The position numbers and the translations under genes are program-made. Positions 23,184 to 34,574 of a stretch of 64,000 nucleotides of DNA are shown here, piece by piece (position 1 is the first letter of the stretch; each line of letters opens with the position of its first letter). Source of the DNA: Oikopleura dioica (Eukaryota > Animalia > Chordata); contig OU015567.1 in assembly GCA_907165135.1 (NCBI GenBank), positions 13,082,001 to 13,146,000 on the forward strand, in the 5' to 3' direction. A model generated the notes under the pieces. It did not search any database. It saw nothing but the letters and a program-made list of their open reading frames with translations, and was not told where the DNA came from.

Positions 23184-24260
23184 TCAAACCGTTTTTGGAG
23201 TTGCATTTTGGATGAAAAAACCCTCCTCTTCAATCATTGATTCATCCTCGCTCGAGGAAAACTCTGGTACATTGATTTCGGGTAAATTTTCTGAATTTGT
23301 GTTGCTGTTCGTTGAGTTTTTCTTCAGGCACTTATCCTTAGTCGTTAAATGTTGTTTTATTTGCGGCTGTGTTTCAATATTCTTTGGAGCATTCTCCAGT
23401 GTCATCATGTCATCTTCTTCACCGATTTGTTTCCGATAATACCAAACGGTAAGATTATTCGACTTGCCCCTTTCTTTTTCAATCGTGGGTCCTTGATCAA
23501 TATCGACATCTTCAGGAATAGCGAACTTCTTTCTCCATCTCGTTTCACTTCGGAACTTCACGCCGCTTTCTGTGATGCCAAATTTTATGGAGAGACCGTC
23601 GACGGTCAACTGACGAATGTCGGTCTTTACTGTCACATCGATATTGCTCGGCATTGTTGGGAATTCCTCCAAGGAAATTTCGCATTTCCATTTTTTATTC
23701 AGCCACGCTTCTCTTCCTCTTGTTTCTTCCCAGTTTGTCAGCAATTTCCTCGATTTAGCAGGTAGTTCCTCATTCTTTTCCTTCAATTTTCTCTCCACTC
23801 TTCGGAGTGCTTGCGCTTTCTTGCATCGTTGTCTTTTCTGCTGTTTTATTAACAGATTGTTGTATTCCTCATCGGACAATGTTGCGCGAAGACATTTGTA
23901 TTTCTCCAAGTCGCTTTTGGTGAGAACTCGCTTGAAACCGAGGCCAAGCGCAGCGTATTCTTTGACAAGCTCTTTCTTTGCGAAGATACCTTTGACGCAA
24001 GAAGTGCTGGCTCCAATAAGTTCACCGGATTCTCGCCAGGTTGGCGGATTCAATGTTGCCATTTGCTTCTCCCGCTCGAGGATGTAAGTAAGTTGCTCAC
24101 TTACTGTAAATGACTGCTGACCTAGTCTCGACTTGTATTTCTTTTCTTCCTTGACGTTGATTGTTTCTTCGGGCAGAGGATTACCGATAATTTCATCCCG
24201 TTCTTCGGTATTTTCTTCAATTTTTATTTCAGTTTCTCCATTTTCGTCGATTGAGTTCAT
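23184..24260 (-). CDS. HTH + alpha-crystallin-like protein, copy 3
   Basis: Intact 358-aa single ORF with both conserved blocks. Confidence 0.75.
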   Translation of the reverse strand: MNSIDENGETEIKIEENTEERDEIIGNPLPEETINVKEEKKYKSRLGQQSFTVSEQLTYILEREKQMATLNPPTWRESGELIGASTSCVKGIFAKKELVKEYAALGLGFKRVLTKSDLEKYKCLRATLSDEEYNNLLIKQQKRQRCKKAQALRRVERKLKEKNEELPAKSRKLLTNWEETRGREAWLNKKWKCEISLEEFPTMPSNIDVTVKTDIRQLTVDGLSIKFGITESGVKFRSETRWRKKFAIPEDVDIDQGPTIEKERGKSNNLTVWYYRKQIGEEDDMMTLENAPKNIETQPQIKQHLTTKDKCLKKNSTNSNTNSENLPEINVPEFSSSEDESMIEEEGFFIQNATPKTV

Positions 24261-24279
24261 CTCACTTTTTCTCTGAGAT

Positions 24280-24990
24280 TTATCCGTATTTTATGAGCTT
24301 GTTCGATATGACCTGACATTGAGTAAAACAATGCTTGCGTAGGCAATACGATGAGTCACTATGGCCACGCAAGTCGGTCCCGCCTCGAAGAATTAATTTG
24401 TCGAAGAAAGGGCCGCTCCCTGGGAAGAAAGGGGGTGAGGGGGACTCTTCTGTCCTGCAATCAAGCTGGTGTTCTAAATGGCTGAAACTAGCGGGTGACG
24501 AGTAACTAACGTTTTCTTCGTCAATTTCTAATTTCATGTCGATGAATTCATCTTCTTCAGTTAGTAGTACTAACTTAGTACCGTTGACATCGGAAGACTT
24601 GTACTTAGGGTCCTGCACCCAGAGTCGGTATTTGCCGAAAAGACATTCTTTGATCCTTCATAAATTGGCCTTCGTATAAATTGAAGAATCAATTACTGAT
24701 TCATCAAAAAATCGGTACTCTGTCGCAGTGATTGTCCAGTGAGACGATCTTTATAAATGCAAGAGCCCGTGATCCCGTCTAATCTACGAAGAAGTCCAGA
24801 GCTTGCCCGTTCTATTATAGTAGAATGCATGTTTAATTAATTTCTGCAAATTTCGTCTTTGGCTCAATCAGCTTATCCGGATGATGCTGCTTGTCCTCTT
24901 CTCACATCAAGCGAGACATCGATCAAAACTCACTTATGTACTTCGCACAGTTTTGTCAACAAACCTTCCGTCTAGGCCGTCTTCGCCGTT
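24280..24990 (-). CDS. Uncharacterised gene upstream of copy 3; boundaries approximate
   Basis: 112-aa ORF plus upstream coding-like exons. Its DSSYCLR motif is echoed by DSSPCLR upstream of copy 2 (~19545-19565). Confidence 0.35.
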
Positions 24991-25790
24991 CAGAGAGAGA
25001 ATAAATTCAGAGAGAGCATCTTGCTAAGATTGGGATAACAGAAATCAACAAGGAGAAAAAAAATGTTAGATATTTTTTGGATTTTTATGAAGAATAAAAA
25101 CGTTTCTCACAGAACAGGTCATCGGACTGATTGTAATCAAGTTAATTTTGCGAGGCAATATCAAGATTTAAAGCTCTCAAGCCTAATTCGATTTGAATTC
25201 ATCTGGGTGCCTTTGAGCAATAAAACCATGCGTCGATTTTCGCCAAATTAGGGGGATGCATTTTGTGTTCAAACAGGTTAATTTTCACGCAAGCCAGCCA
25301 TGACCCCGATTCCAAGCGATTATTGCAGATTTACATTGATCTAGGATTATCGAGCACCGCTTTTTTTTAAAGGAAAAATATTTATTTTCACTAAAAATAT
25401 CTTATTGAAGAGAAAAACATTCCAGTATGCTGTTCGAATAATATTCATAATCATACAGAGAGCATATTTCCCGCGAGGCTGCTCAGAAGGTGCGTAAAAT
25501 GAAAAAATAAACGATCAAGATGTTGATGACTTGAATATATAATTCATTCGCTTCCCCGACCGTGAAAACTGTTTTCTGATCTCTTTAGTGTCTGTATTCA
25601 TTCATCCCTTTTTTTTACTCAAAAGCTGCGAATTCCTCGCCCCCGGGCGCGCCGATCTTGGCACCAACCTCCTCCGCCGAGAAAAGCTCAATCATCAGAG
25701 AAAATAACGAAAATTTTCAGAAACAGAAAGAATCGGAAGTATTGCCAAGCAAAGAGATTTAATAAAAAGAAGTAAGAAACCAGAGAGAAC

Positions 25791-27466
25791 ATGGCGACCA
25801 CGGGACTACAGCTCCTGGGGTTCGTCCTCGGGGTCATCGCCTGGTCGGGAATGATTGCAACTTGCATGAGCCCGGAATGGAGACAAAATTCAGTTGGTGG
25901 AACAGCCCTTGATGAGCATAAGAGGTAATTACCCAATAAATGCATTAAATAAACAGTATATAATCCTGATTTATCCATTGATTCATTACCATGATCAAAA
26001 GATTCGACGGCTTATGGACTCAATGCGAGCAGATGCCAAATGGGAACACAAATTGTGAAAGCTACAATGTATTTTTCATTGGCCTACCAGGTAAAATAGA
26101 CGTAGATCTTTCAGTAACTAAACGAAATTCCAGAGGTGCTACAAACATGCAGAGCGTTGATGATCACAGCCATCGGCCTTGGCTTTCTCGGCATCTTACT
26201 CTCCGTGTTAGGAATGAAGTGCACTTCAGTCGGAGCATCCAATCATAAGGCAAAAGCAAGGACTGCTTTGCTTGGTGGTCTATTGCTTGGCGTCGCCGGT
26301 AAGAAAGAATATGATTTTCGGTGTCTTCTACTCGTAAATTATTTCTCTTTACGAGCAGGAGTTATTTGGTGTTATAAATGTTAATCGGTGTGTTAGGTGT
26401 TTCGCAGGTAAGTCAAACAGGAACGATAGAGCTTATGACTTTCGAGAGTAGCTTCTTATGGCGATCGTTTGGACAACAAATGTCACCACTAAAAACCAGG
26501 TAAATCACTTTTTACATGTTACATGTACAAGCTAACTTTGACTTTAAGGATCCGCGGTATATTTGCAAAAATGGCGGAGTAACGGCTGCTTCGAGAAGAG
26601 ACAGGTTCAGATTTTGCGAATGTCCGACAACCAATGCAGACGCTTCTCAGGAGGGATAAAAAGTCTGATCAAAAATAAGCAGACAAATTGCCAAATGCCA
26701 AACGACGATTATCCCAGTCAACAGTGTGCTGTAACTTCACCTTTCAAAACTGGCAGCGCTTTGCCCCCAAATATGATTGGGCCGTGGATGTTTTTTGTCG
26801 GAGCAGTTCTGACCGTTACTCAGGGAGAGTTTCAGAAATTCTTGATGTTAACAAGTCAAGACATTCTTGAACTCTTTTGGAAGCGAAATGAAAGGCGGAA
26901 AAGTCCACATTTGGACAATTCTAGCCAATTGAGTGAACCGAAATTCTCGTCTTTGGTGTCGCAAGCGCGGGCCTTGAGCGGGGCCAGTTCGAATTCGAAC
27001 TCGCCACCTCAAGTTTCCGCCGACCATATCCAAGTTCACTCGTACCTATGACCGTTGTTTTCAGCTGCCTGCACGGGCGCCAGCGTCTCTTACTACGCGC
27101 ACAAAGTCGTGCAGGAATACTTCAACCCCGTACTGCCTTACAACACGCCGCTCTATCTCAGATTCGAATACGGAAGTGCGCTTTTTATTGGATGGATTTC
27201 GCTTATCATGGGTATGTTACAACAAATCTGAATATCTTCTCATAAAAATTAGGTGTCCTATCGTCTGTCATTATGTCTGCAGCATCACTAATGGTCCTAT
27301 CAAAAATTGCCAAAGGAGAAATTCTGCAAAACGGCTACCTCAAGAAGCATTTGGGTAAAGAAATAGACTGAAACAAAAATAAGAAATGAATCATTCAGGG
27401 TACAAACAACTTGAAGGCTTGCGAACTCAGAACAAACTCACACACGCCGTCCAGGAATACGTCTGA
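25791..27466 (+). CDS. Claudin with two alternative 3' halves
   Basis: MATTGLQLLGFVLG, GLWTQC..C signature, TM2 RALMITAIGLG. The distal isoform has SYYAHKVVQEYF..RFEYGSALFIGW and C-terminal EYV*; the proximal isoform ends SYL* at 27051. Confidence 0.9.
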
Positions 27467-27911
27467 ATACTATCGATAATTATGCAGTCCTCAAACATTG
27501 CGGAAGCCTTCTGTTCTTTTAAATTATTGCACTAACACCGAAATGTTCACAATTGCGATTTCCATCAACCATTCCTTTATAAATACTCTCCGTTCGAAAT
27601 AAACGAAATTATTTTCTTCAAATCGATGCTCAAAATTTGCATGCAAAAATTTCAAACAGTAAAAGCAAGCGATGAAATCGTCCTTGAGCAGACCTATGAA
27701 TACTATTTGAGCGTCATTTATCTGCATAGAAAACTGTCCTAGTTTCTAAGACGCGATAAAAACACGCGGTCAGAAGACCGCCTCGACATTTACAGGCACG
27801 TATACGTAAGTAACGTCGACGTTTGCCACGCAAATTTGCAAATGCTAAACCCCAGCATATAAACAACTGCTGAAGAAGGTTCCATTATCTTGACAGAAAA
27901 AAAATTGAAAG

Positions 27912-28294
27912 ATGCTCGTCTCCTTCGAATACGCCGCCGTCCAAGCCGCTGCCTACCAAGTGCAAATCAAGGAGGTAGTTTAAAATTTGAGAAAAAAATT
28001 CTCAACTTGACTGACTTTTTTTAGACCGAAACTATCGGCTCCTATCTGACCAAAGCCGCTGCTTACTACAAGATTGATCTGAAAAAGTGCAAGTTCACTA
28101 CCTCGAATGGCTTCACCGTTACTGTAAGAAATCTATTTTAGTGAATTAATTTCTAACAAAGCTATTAGGCTGGCATGACTTCTGCCCAGTTCGCCGCGGG
28201 TAAATCTACTTGTGGAGGTCGATCTGCCGCAGCGGCATCATCTCAGAAGGTCGTCATCAAGATCGAGTACTCTTCTACTTCTGTCTGCCGTTAA
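27912..28294 (+). CDS. 95-aa ubiquitin/UFM1-like fold protein (exons 27912-27974, 28025-28123, 28169-28294)
   Basis: Two phase-0 GT-AG introns give an open 95-aa product. Upstream TATAAA (~27858). Codon usage resembles highly expressed genes. The fold is inferred by eye. Confidence 0.7.
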
Positions 28295-29222
28295 ATTCGC
28301 CTTCAAGTGAATTTCCGCGAAATTCTTCGTGGGAAACGCTTTCAAATCAAAGTGCAGTGATTTCTACCGTCTTCAATAAACTTTCAATATTAGATGTAAG
28401 ATCTTCTTTTTCTTGAGTTATTCTCGCAGCAGATTTGTCTGCTTGAAAGTAAATGCACGTAAAATAGCACAAAGCTCCTTAGAAACATGATCTTGTCATC
28501 CGTTGATGCGTTCACCCTCCCTTTTATTTTATTTTTTGACCTTCTATTGACTGCCTTCGCAATTAATTAATTTCCTTCTGTTGCGACCGACGAAGAAACA
28601 GGTTTGTTTCATTGAGAGCAGAGAAGTTTGTAAAAATGTCGATAGATTTTGTAAAAAGGAGAGACTAAGCATTTTCATCCGTCAAAATGAGTATCGGTAT
28701 GAAATTAAAAAGAGGTACAGATTTATTTTTAGTTAGACGAGATCTTTTGATAGTGATAGAAACATTTATTATTTATAAAAAACCTTAATACAATTGTCTC
28801 ACTTATCCGACAAAATTAAAAAAATAAAAGCATGAAAGGGATAAATTAAAGAGAAAAAAGGAGAAAAGATAAAAATGGCAGGTATTAAGACCGATTAATT
28901 TGCAAATAAAGAGTCTATTTCTGATGAATAAAGTTCATCCATTTTGTGAACCTTCAACTAGCCGACACGACTTTGACATAACCATGAACTTTGATTGGCA
29001 GATTCGCCGCAAGAACAAAGGGCGCTATACTGTATATAGGCTCGACATACGAAGAGGGCGTTGAATAATGCATGAAACTCATTAGGGTGTTTGGTTGATC
29101 GCGTGCTTTTTACCATTTTTATATTTTCAGCACTCGGCGATCGAAGGATAGATCAGAACACAATTCACCTCAAGCCGAAGTGCGATACTTTCATTTTTAT
29201 CAGCTGCGAAGACAGTACAGAG

Positions 29223-32142
29223 ATGACAGAAGCCTTGAACTTAGACTTTGGGAAGCTAAGAAACCTTGCAAAGCAAATTAACATGAATAAATTTATGTAA
29301 GTTGATTTTTCGCTTTGAGATTTTTTGGAATATCAGAATAGATCTGGTGAAATAAGGTCGGGTGGGAAGATTTAGATTCTGCGTCAGTCGACGCCTTAAA
29401 GATAGCTTCTTCACTTGCATAAGTTACGTGATAATTAGTTTTGGTCCCCAACTTTTAAACCATAACTAGGTTTAGGTAGGATAATCCTATATAGAATAAG
29501 GAATAGAATTTCTATTCCTTGAATTGAACGAGAATCTATCCCTTGAATATAGAACTCGTATACGCGACCATATTAAACGTGGTACTATATATCACGTAAA
29601 CTATTATATGGTAGATAGTTTCAAGAAAATTAGAATAACATATTAATCCACATTATTAAGCACGGACAGCCCGCTGTCGACTCTGTATATGAGCGAAGCC
29701 CTCTTGCGGCGCGGACAAAATCATATTATCCCACTCATTTTTAAAGCGAACTTTGAATTGCAATAACCCCATATTTATACAGAGACCAGCCGCAAAGAAA
29801 CGATATGGAGGCGATTGCGATGACAACTGGAATTTTATACACAATAGGTATCTTAAATTATACTAAATTCTGATTTATATGGTACTTTAATCAATCGTCC
29901 AATCGTCGAAATTGCAGTTTTTTTTGACAAAAATCTCCGGCAAATTTGTAATTTTAAGCCTTCGTTATTGGATTCTTTGCGAATATTGTGGTGCTTTATT
30001 CGATGATTGCAAGGATGCCGAAGAAGAACGACTCCGAGTACCTGATTTTGCAATTGCTGCTTACCGATCTATGCTATGTGATAATTCTGGATCGTGTTGA
30101 TAGATATACCAGTTATAGTGGTACAATTAAATGATCAATTGTCAATCGAGCATATGCCGTTCTCAATTGAAAACATGCAAAAGCGATTTGTCAACACGAC
30201 TCAAAGCCCTTCTGGATCATCAACGCCTTTCGTGGCTTTTCTTGGCCCTTTGGAGGTGCAATGGGGCTCATTATATGTAAATTTTGCACTGGAATGTTCT
30301 ATGTAGGCGGGTTTTTTGAAATCTTTAATTGTTAATTTTCGGAGGTCCTTTTTGAAGACCGATTCAAAAAGCCTGGACAGGAATGAACGCAATGTCGTAC
30401 TTCATCTGCGCGCTCAGCTGGAATCGCTACTCAATCCTCTTCAACGTTCTAAGTTGGAACAAATTCATATCCGTCCGCGGCATGTCAATAATCATCTGGA
30501 TATTTTCATTTCTGTGCTCTGTTCCGATGTGGGTGTCATCTATTCTACATGTCGACGCTAAAAACGATACGATGTGTCGGCCAGACTTCAGTGAATTCGG
30601 GTGAGTGTTTTTCGTAGAAAATGGGCATTATTTATTCTGCGGAACAATCGTACCTCGCCAGCGATCCATATTTTATTAGAAGAATCTCGATTAAAGCCAT
30701 TTTATTTTGCTAGTGGTTTAATCAGTAGTAACTCATAATAGGTAGAATATTCGTAATTACGTATGACGAGGAATCTTCTTATGATTTATAAATTTTGATA
30801 AATACAATTATTATATGTCCCAATAAGTATGTGATGCGGAAAGTCAACTTGGCTATGGTCAATCCGCGACCGTCGAACTGGTTATTTTTTGGAGGCCAAC
30901 TTGACCCGATGATCCGCTGATAAGGACCACTAGGCTTCGATAAATGACCCCGTAGCGTTAGAATATTGGACGTGTTTTGAGGCCCGAATCGACTACCGTG
31001 CAATATCTTTATGGTTTTTGTTTGTGATCATGAACTTACCTGGATGATCCGGACTAAAAATTTAAGATGATGATTATTCAAAGTGAAAATCTAATCGGGT
31101 TCGGTTAGTTAATTATTTTTAATTATTCAATGCAGATTTTTTTTAAACGGAGTTATCGCTTCGTTCGACTTCATGTTAAACCCTGTGAAAAAATAATGAG
31201 GAAGAACGTGAACGAACCGAAAACTTAATTTAGAGAGAATCGAGCGTATTTCATGATGACCTTGAACGATATACTGAAAATCATTGTTGGCTTCATCTTC
31301 CCTCTTGTGATCATTATTTATTGCAATGCCGCCATCGTTCATTTCGTCATCACAGCAATGAAGGTAGCTTTCAATGTTACGCAAAAATTATGGATCAATT
31401 CTGGCATGTAGTCGATATATTTGAAAACGATTTTAAGACGAACTCTTCGGAACGTACAGTGATAATCCGACGGAAAGCATCGATAAGTGGCGTTTTGATA
31501 GTATTTGTCTATCTCATTTCTTGGCTCCCAAATAGGTAATTTATGTTAAAAGCTTTTGAACCCATTTCAACTATTGTTTGATTTTCAAAAATATAAGATA
31601 TTAATAATGAATGGTAATAAAAATAAAGCCAGGCCAAAAAGTTTCAGAAGAATAATTGATGGTCCCTAAAACTTTCGTTAGAACCATTTTAAGCTCTATT
31701 CTGTCGTATGGGAACAGAAATGATCCCATGCAGTTTCAAAAAGCTTCTCCTTCATCAAAAATTTACAGGGTCACTTCTTCACTTATCATGATTCAACAAT
31801 ACGAAATAGCAAACATTCCAGGAAGAGTCATGAAACCGCTGATGTTTATGCACAAACTCAACTCTTGTTGGCTCATTCTCGCGGTAGCAATCAACCCTTT
31901 TTTATACGCGCTGCATGGGAAGAACATCAGACAAGGAGTTATCATGAGCATGAAGGTTAGTACTAGAAATAATTTTCGTTTGAAAATAGTGTCTTTTATA
32001 GAAGAGCCCTATTTCTGCAATGATAACAGCGGTTACTTCAAAAGTAACACCGCTTTCACGGCGGTTTTCAAAAATTGGCCGTGAGTCGAGAAAACTAAAA
32101 ACGACAATGTCATGTGACGAAACCTGCCCCGCAATGAGATAA
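29223..32142 (+). CDS. Class A (rhodopsin-like) GPCR, peptide-receptor-like
   Basis: TM1 LYTIAFVIGFFAN, TM2 LLLTDL, ECL1 WPFG..CKF, TM3 LSWNRY (DRY variant), TM4 W..S.P, TM5 GFIFP, TM6 SWLP, TM7 NPFLY. Confidence 0.9.
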
Positions 32143-32285
32143 AAGTCGCTAGAAAGACGACGCCCGTTTCCTGTAAATAAATATGTACACAGCTGTAATA
32201 ATTGAAATAATGGAAGATGTATTGAAAGGTCAGGGACTCGACGAGCCAAGCGTATTAGCAGAATAACAGGAAGATTGCAATTGAG

Positions 32286-34461
32286 CTACTGTAACATTTT
32301 TAAAATATCGTTGAGGTTTCCTTTCACATTATCGGTCTTCCGCGAAAGAGCGTCGAGTTTTTCAAAACTTTCGGGCTTTGCGAACCTTCTCTTTGGCGGC
32401 TTAGAAGCAGTGGAAATATAATGTCGATTGAAAAGCGCAAACCTGGTAGAATCCGGTAATGCCAGTAACGCCCTTCGACGCGGGTCTCTTCTCAGGCTTT
32501 TTGTCCTCGATAACAATACAATCATTACTTGATCCAGAGCGGTGCCTTCCTCTCTGAAGGAATGCGTGATCGATTATCTTAATGAGTAAGTACTTACAGG
32601 AGGACTTCTTGAAGAGCTGACACTTCTCTCCCTGCTGTCCCGTTTTTCCTTCTTCGACCTTTTCTCTCGTTTTCTATCCTTCCTTCTCTCCTTGTCTTTC
32701 TTCTTCATAAGTTTTCGAATCTCCTTGTCGATTTTGGAAACCTTTTCGTCTTCGGGAGGGCGAATTCTGTCATTTATCTGGTCTTGAATCGACGAAAAAA
32801 CAGAAGGTTTCCTCAGAAGTGTATTTTCATCTTCTTTTATGAAAATAATCTACAAACCTCAAGATTTGAAGTTTTGTCTTTGCCTCGACATGGTCTGGTT
32901 CAAGGTCAAGTATTTGCTCGAGCAAAGTTGCTGCGCGCTTTAGGTCGGGTTTTGAGGATTCGTTTGCTGAAACGGCTTGGGTTGAGATAACATTCGACCA
33001 GTCAAAAAGGACACGGATAAGGTAGGCCTTCGCGTTTTTATGCTCCGGGTCGATTTTGTACGCTGCTTCGAGGTCTTCGCATGCTGCTCGCCATTGCTTT
33101 CTGATAAAAGAATAAGCTTATGAAAGGAGAAATAAACGAAAAAACGAACCTGGATGAATAAAGAGCTCCACGAGCAACGAGAGCATCGGTATTCTCCTTA
33201 TCAAGTTCAAGCGCCGTGCGATAATTATTCATTGCTTCCTGAAGTTCCCCTTTTTTGAAGTATTCCACCCCTTTTGTAACGTATTTCTTCGATGCAAGCT
33301 TTGATTGACGCTCCCTCAGACAGCTTTTCATTTCTTCTAAATTGGAAATCGTTAGAGATAGAATAAATAAACTGTTAAATATTACCTTGTTTTGGGGGTG
33401 TGATAGGTGCTAAGAAAGACAGAGTGTCTTTTAAATCGACACCGAGTCGTTCAAGAATGTAGTGACTTCCAGTAGGATTTAGATACGCGTTCGAGCTGGT
33501 AATGATATCGTGAATCGAGTCTTTCTCCTTCGCTTCTTCTGAAAGCCTCCTTGGTCTGTCAATTGAGCCGAGTTTTGTTTTTAGAGACATGAGGGGATCG
33601 AATTCTTTCAGAACATCTACGTCTGTTGTGGCGATAAGGACATCTTTTTGGAATCGTTCAAAGACGCAGCGGACATAGTCACCCTCTTCCAAAAGTTCGT
33701 CTTTCTGTGTCAGAAAGTTAAAGAAAAAATTGCAAGTTAATAAATAGACCTGTGGGATTGTACAAAGAATCGTGACATTTTCCGGTACTCGTCTCAATCT
33801 GCCACAGTCAAGACTGACTAAGATCAGTTCGAATTGAGCTCTTCTCCAACTTCGGACTTTTCCCACGAGTATATCTCCTGGGACGAGCTCCTGCATAAAC
33901 TTGCTGAATGATCGCGACTCCGATGTCTTCATTACAGTCTCTGTAAGTAGGGCTATCACAATTCATATAAATCTTAACGGTCGAATTATATTTTATCCCT
34001 TCCTAAAGGCGGATGGATAGGCATGGCGTCTCCCTCATCTTCCAGTGGATCCCAGAGACGTTTGTCAGTAAGATTTGGCTTTTTTGAAGATTTTCACCGT
34101 TTACTGTCGGTCGCTGCGGGATATTTTTTGGAAAGATTAAAGAATTCGAATCTTGTCTTTGCTAGCCGGTGGATCTTCGATAACGCGATACGATCCGACA
34201 CTTTGAGGCTAGAATTTGTCGATGCTAATTGCTCGACCATTCGAGGATTGTCGTAGATCTCAACTGAATTTCCATTCGGATGAGAGTGGCAATTCATCAC
34301 GAGGGATGCAAGCTCTGGGTGCATTTTTGAGAATATTCCATGGTCCACAGCTGAAAGTGGTGAATTCTCGCAAAAACAAGGAAGAAAATACCTTTTGCAG
34401 CGTGAGCCAGTACTATAGGATCATACTCGATAGTTGTACTACGCTTTCGTTGCGATTCCAT
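32286..34461 (-). CDS. TTC14: Tetratricopeptide repeat protein 14 homolog
   Basis: S1-like PGDILVGKV, EGDYVR; TPR KGVEYFKKG...ALELDKENTDALVARGALY; Lys/Arg-rich tail. Confidence 0.85.
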
Positions 34462-34574
34462 TCCATTCAAACACACTGAATCAAAACCCACCAGGACTGA
34501 CAAATACTAACAAATCGGGAATTCAAAAAAAGCGTTCTCGCATGACAAAAAAGACAGGATTTTAGATGACAATT

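Noticed and set aside
16501-24087. Long plus-strand ORFs (16501-16884, 18232-18930, 23349-24087)
   Set aside because: They are antisense shadows of Glu/Lys-rich minus-strand genes.
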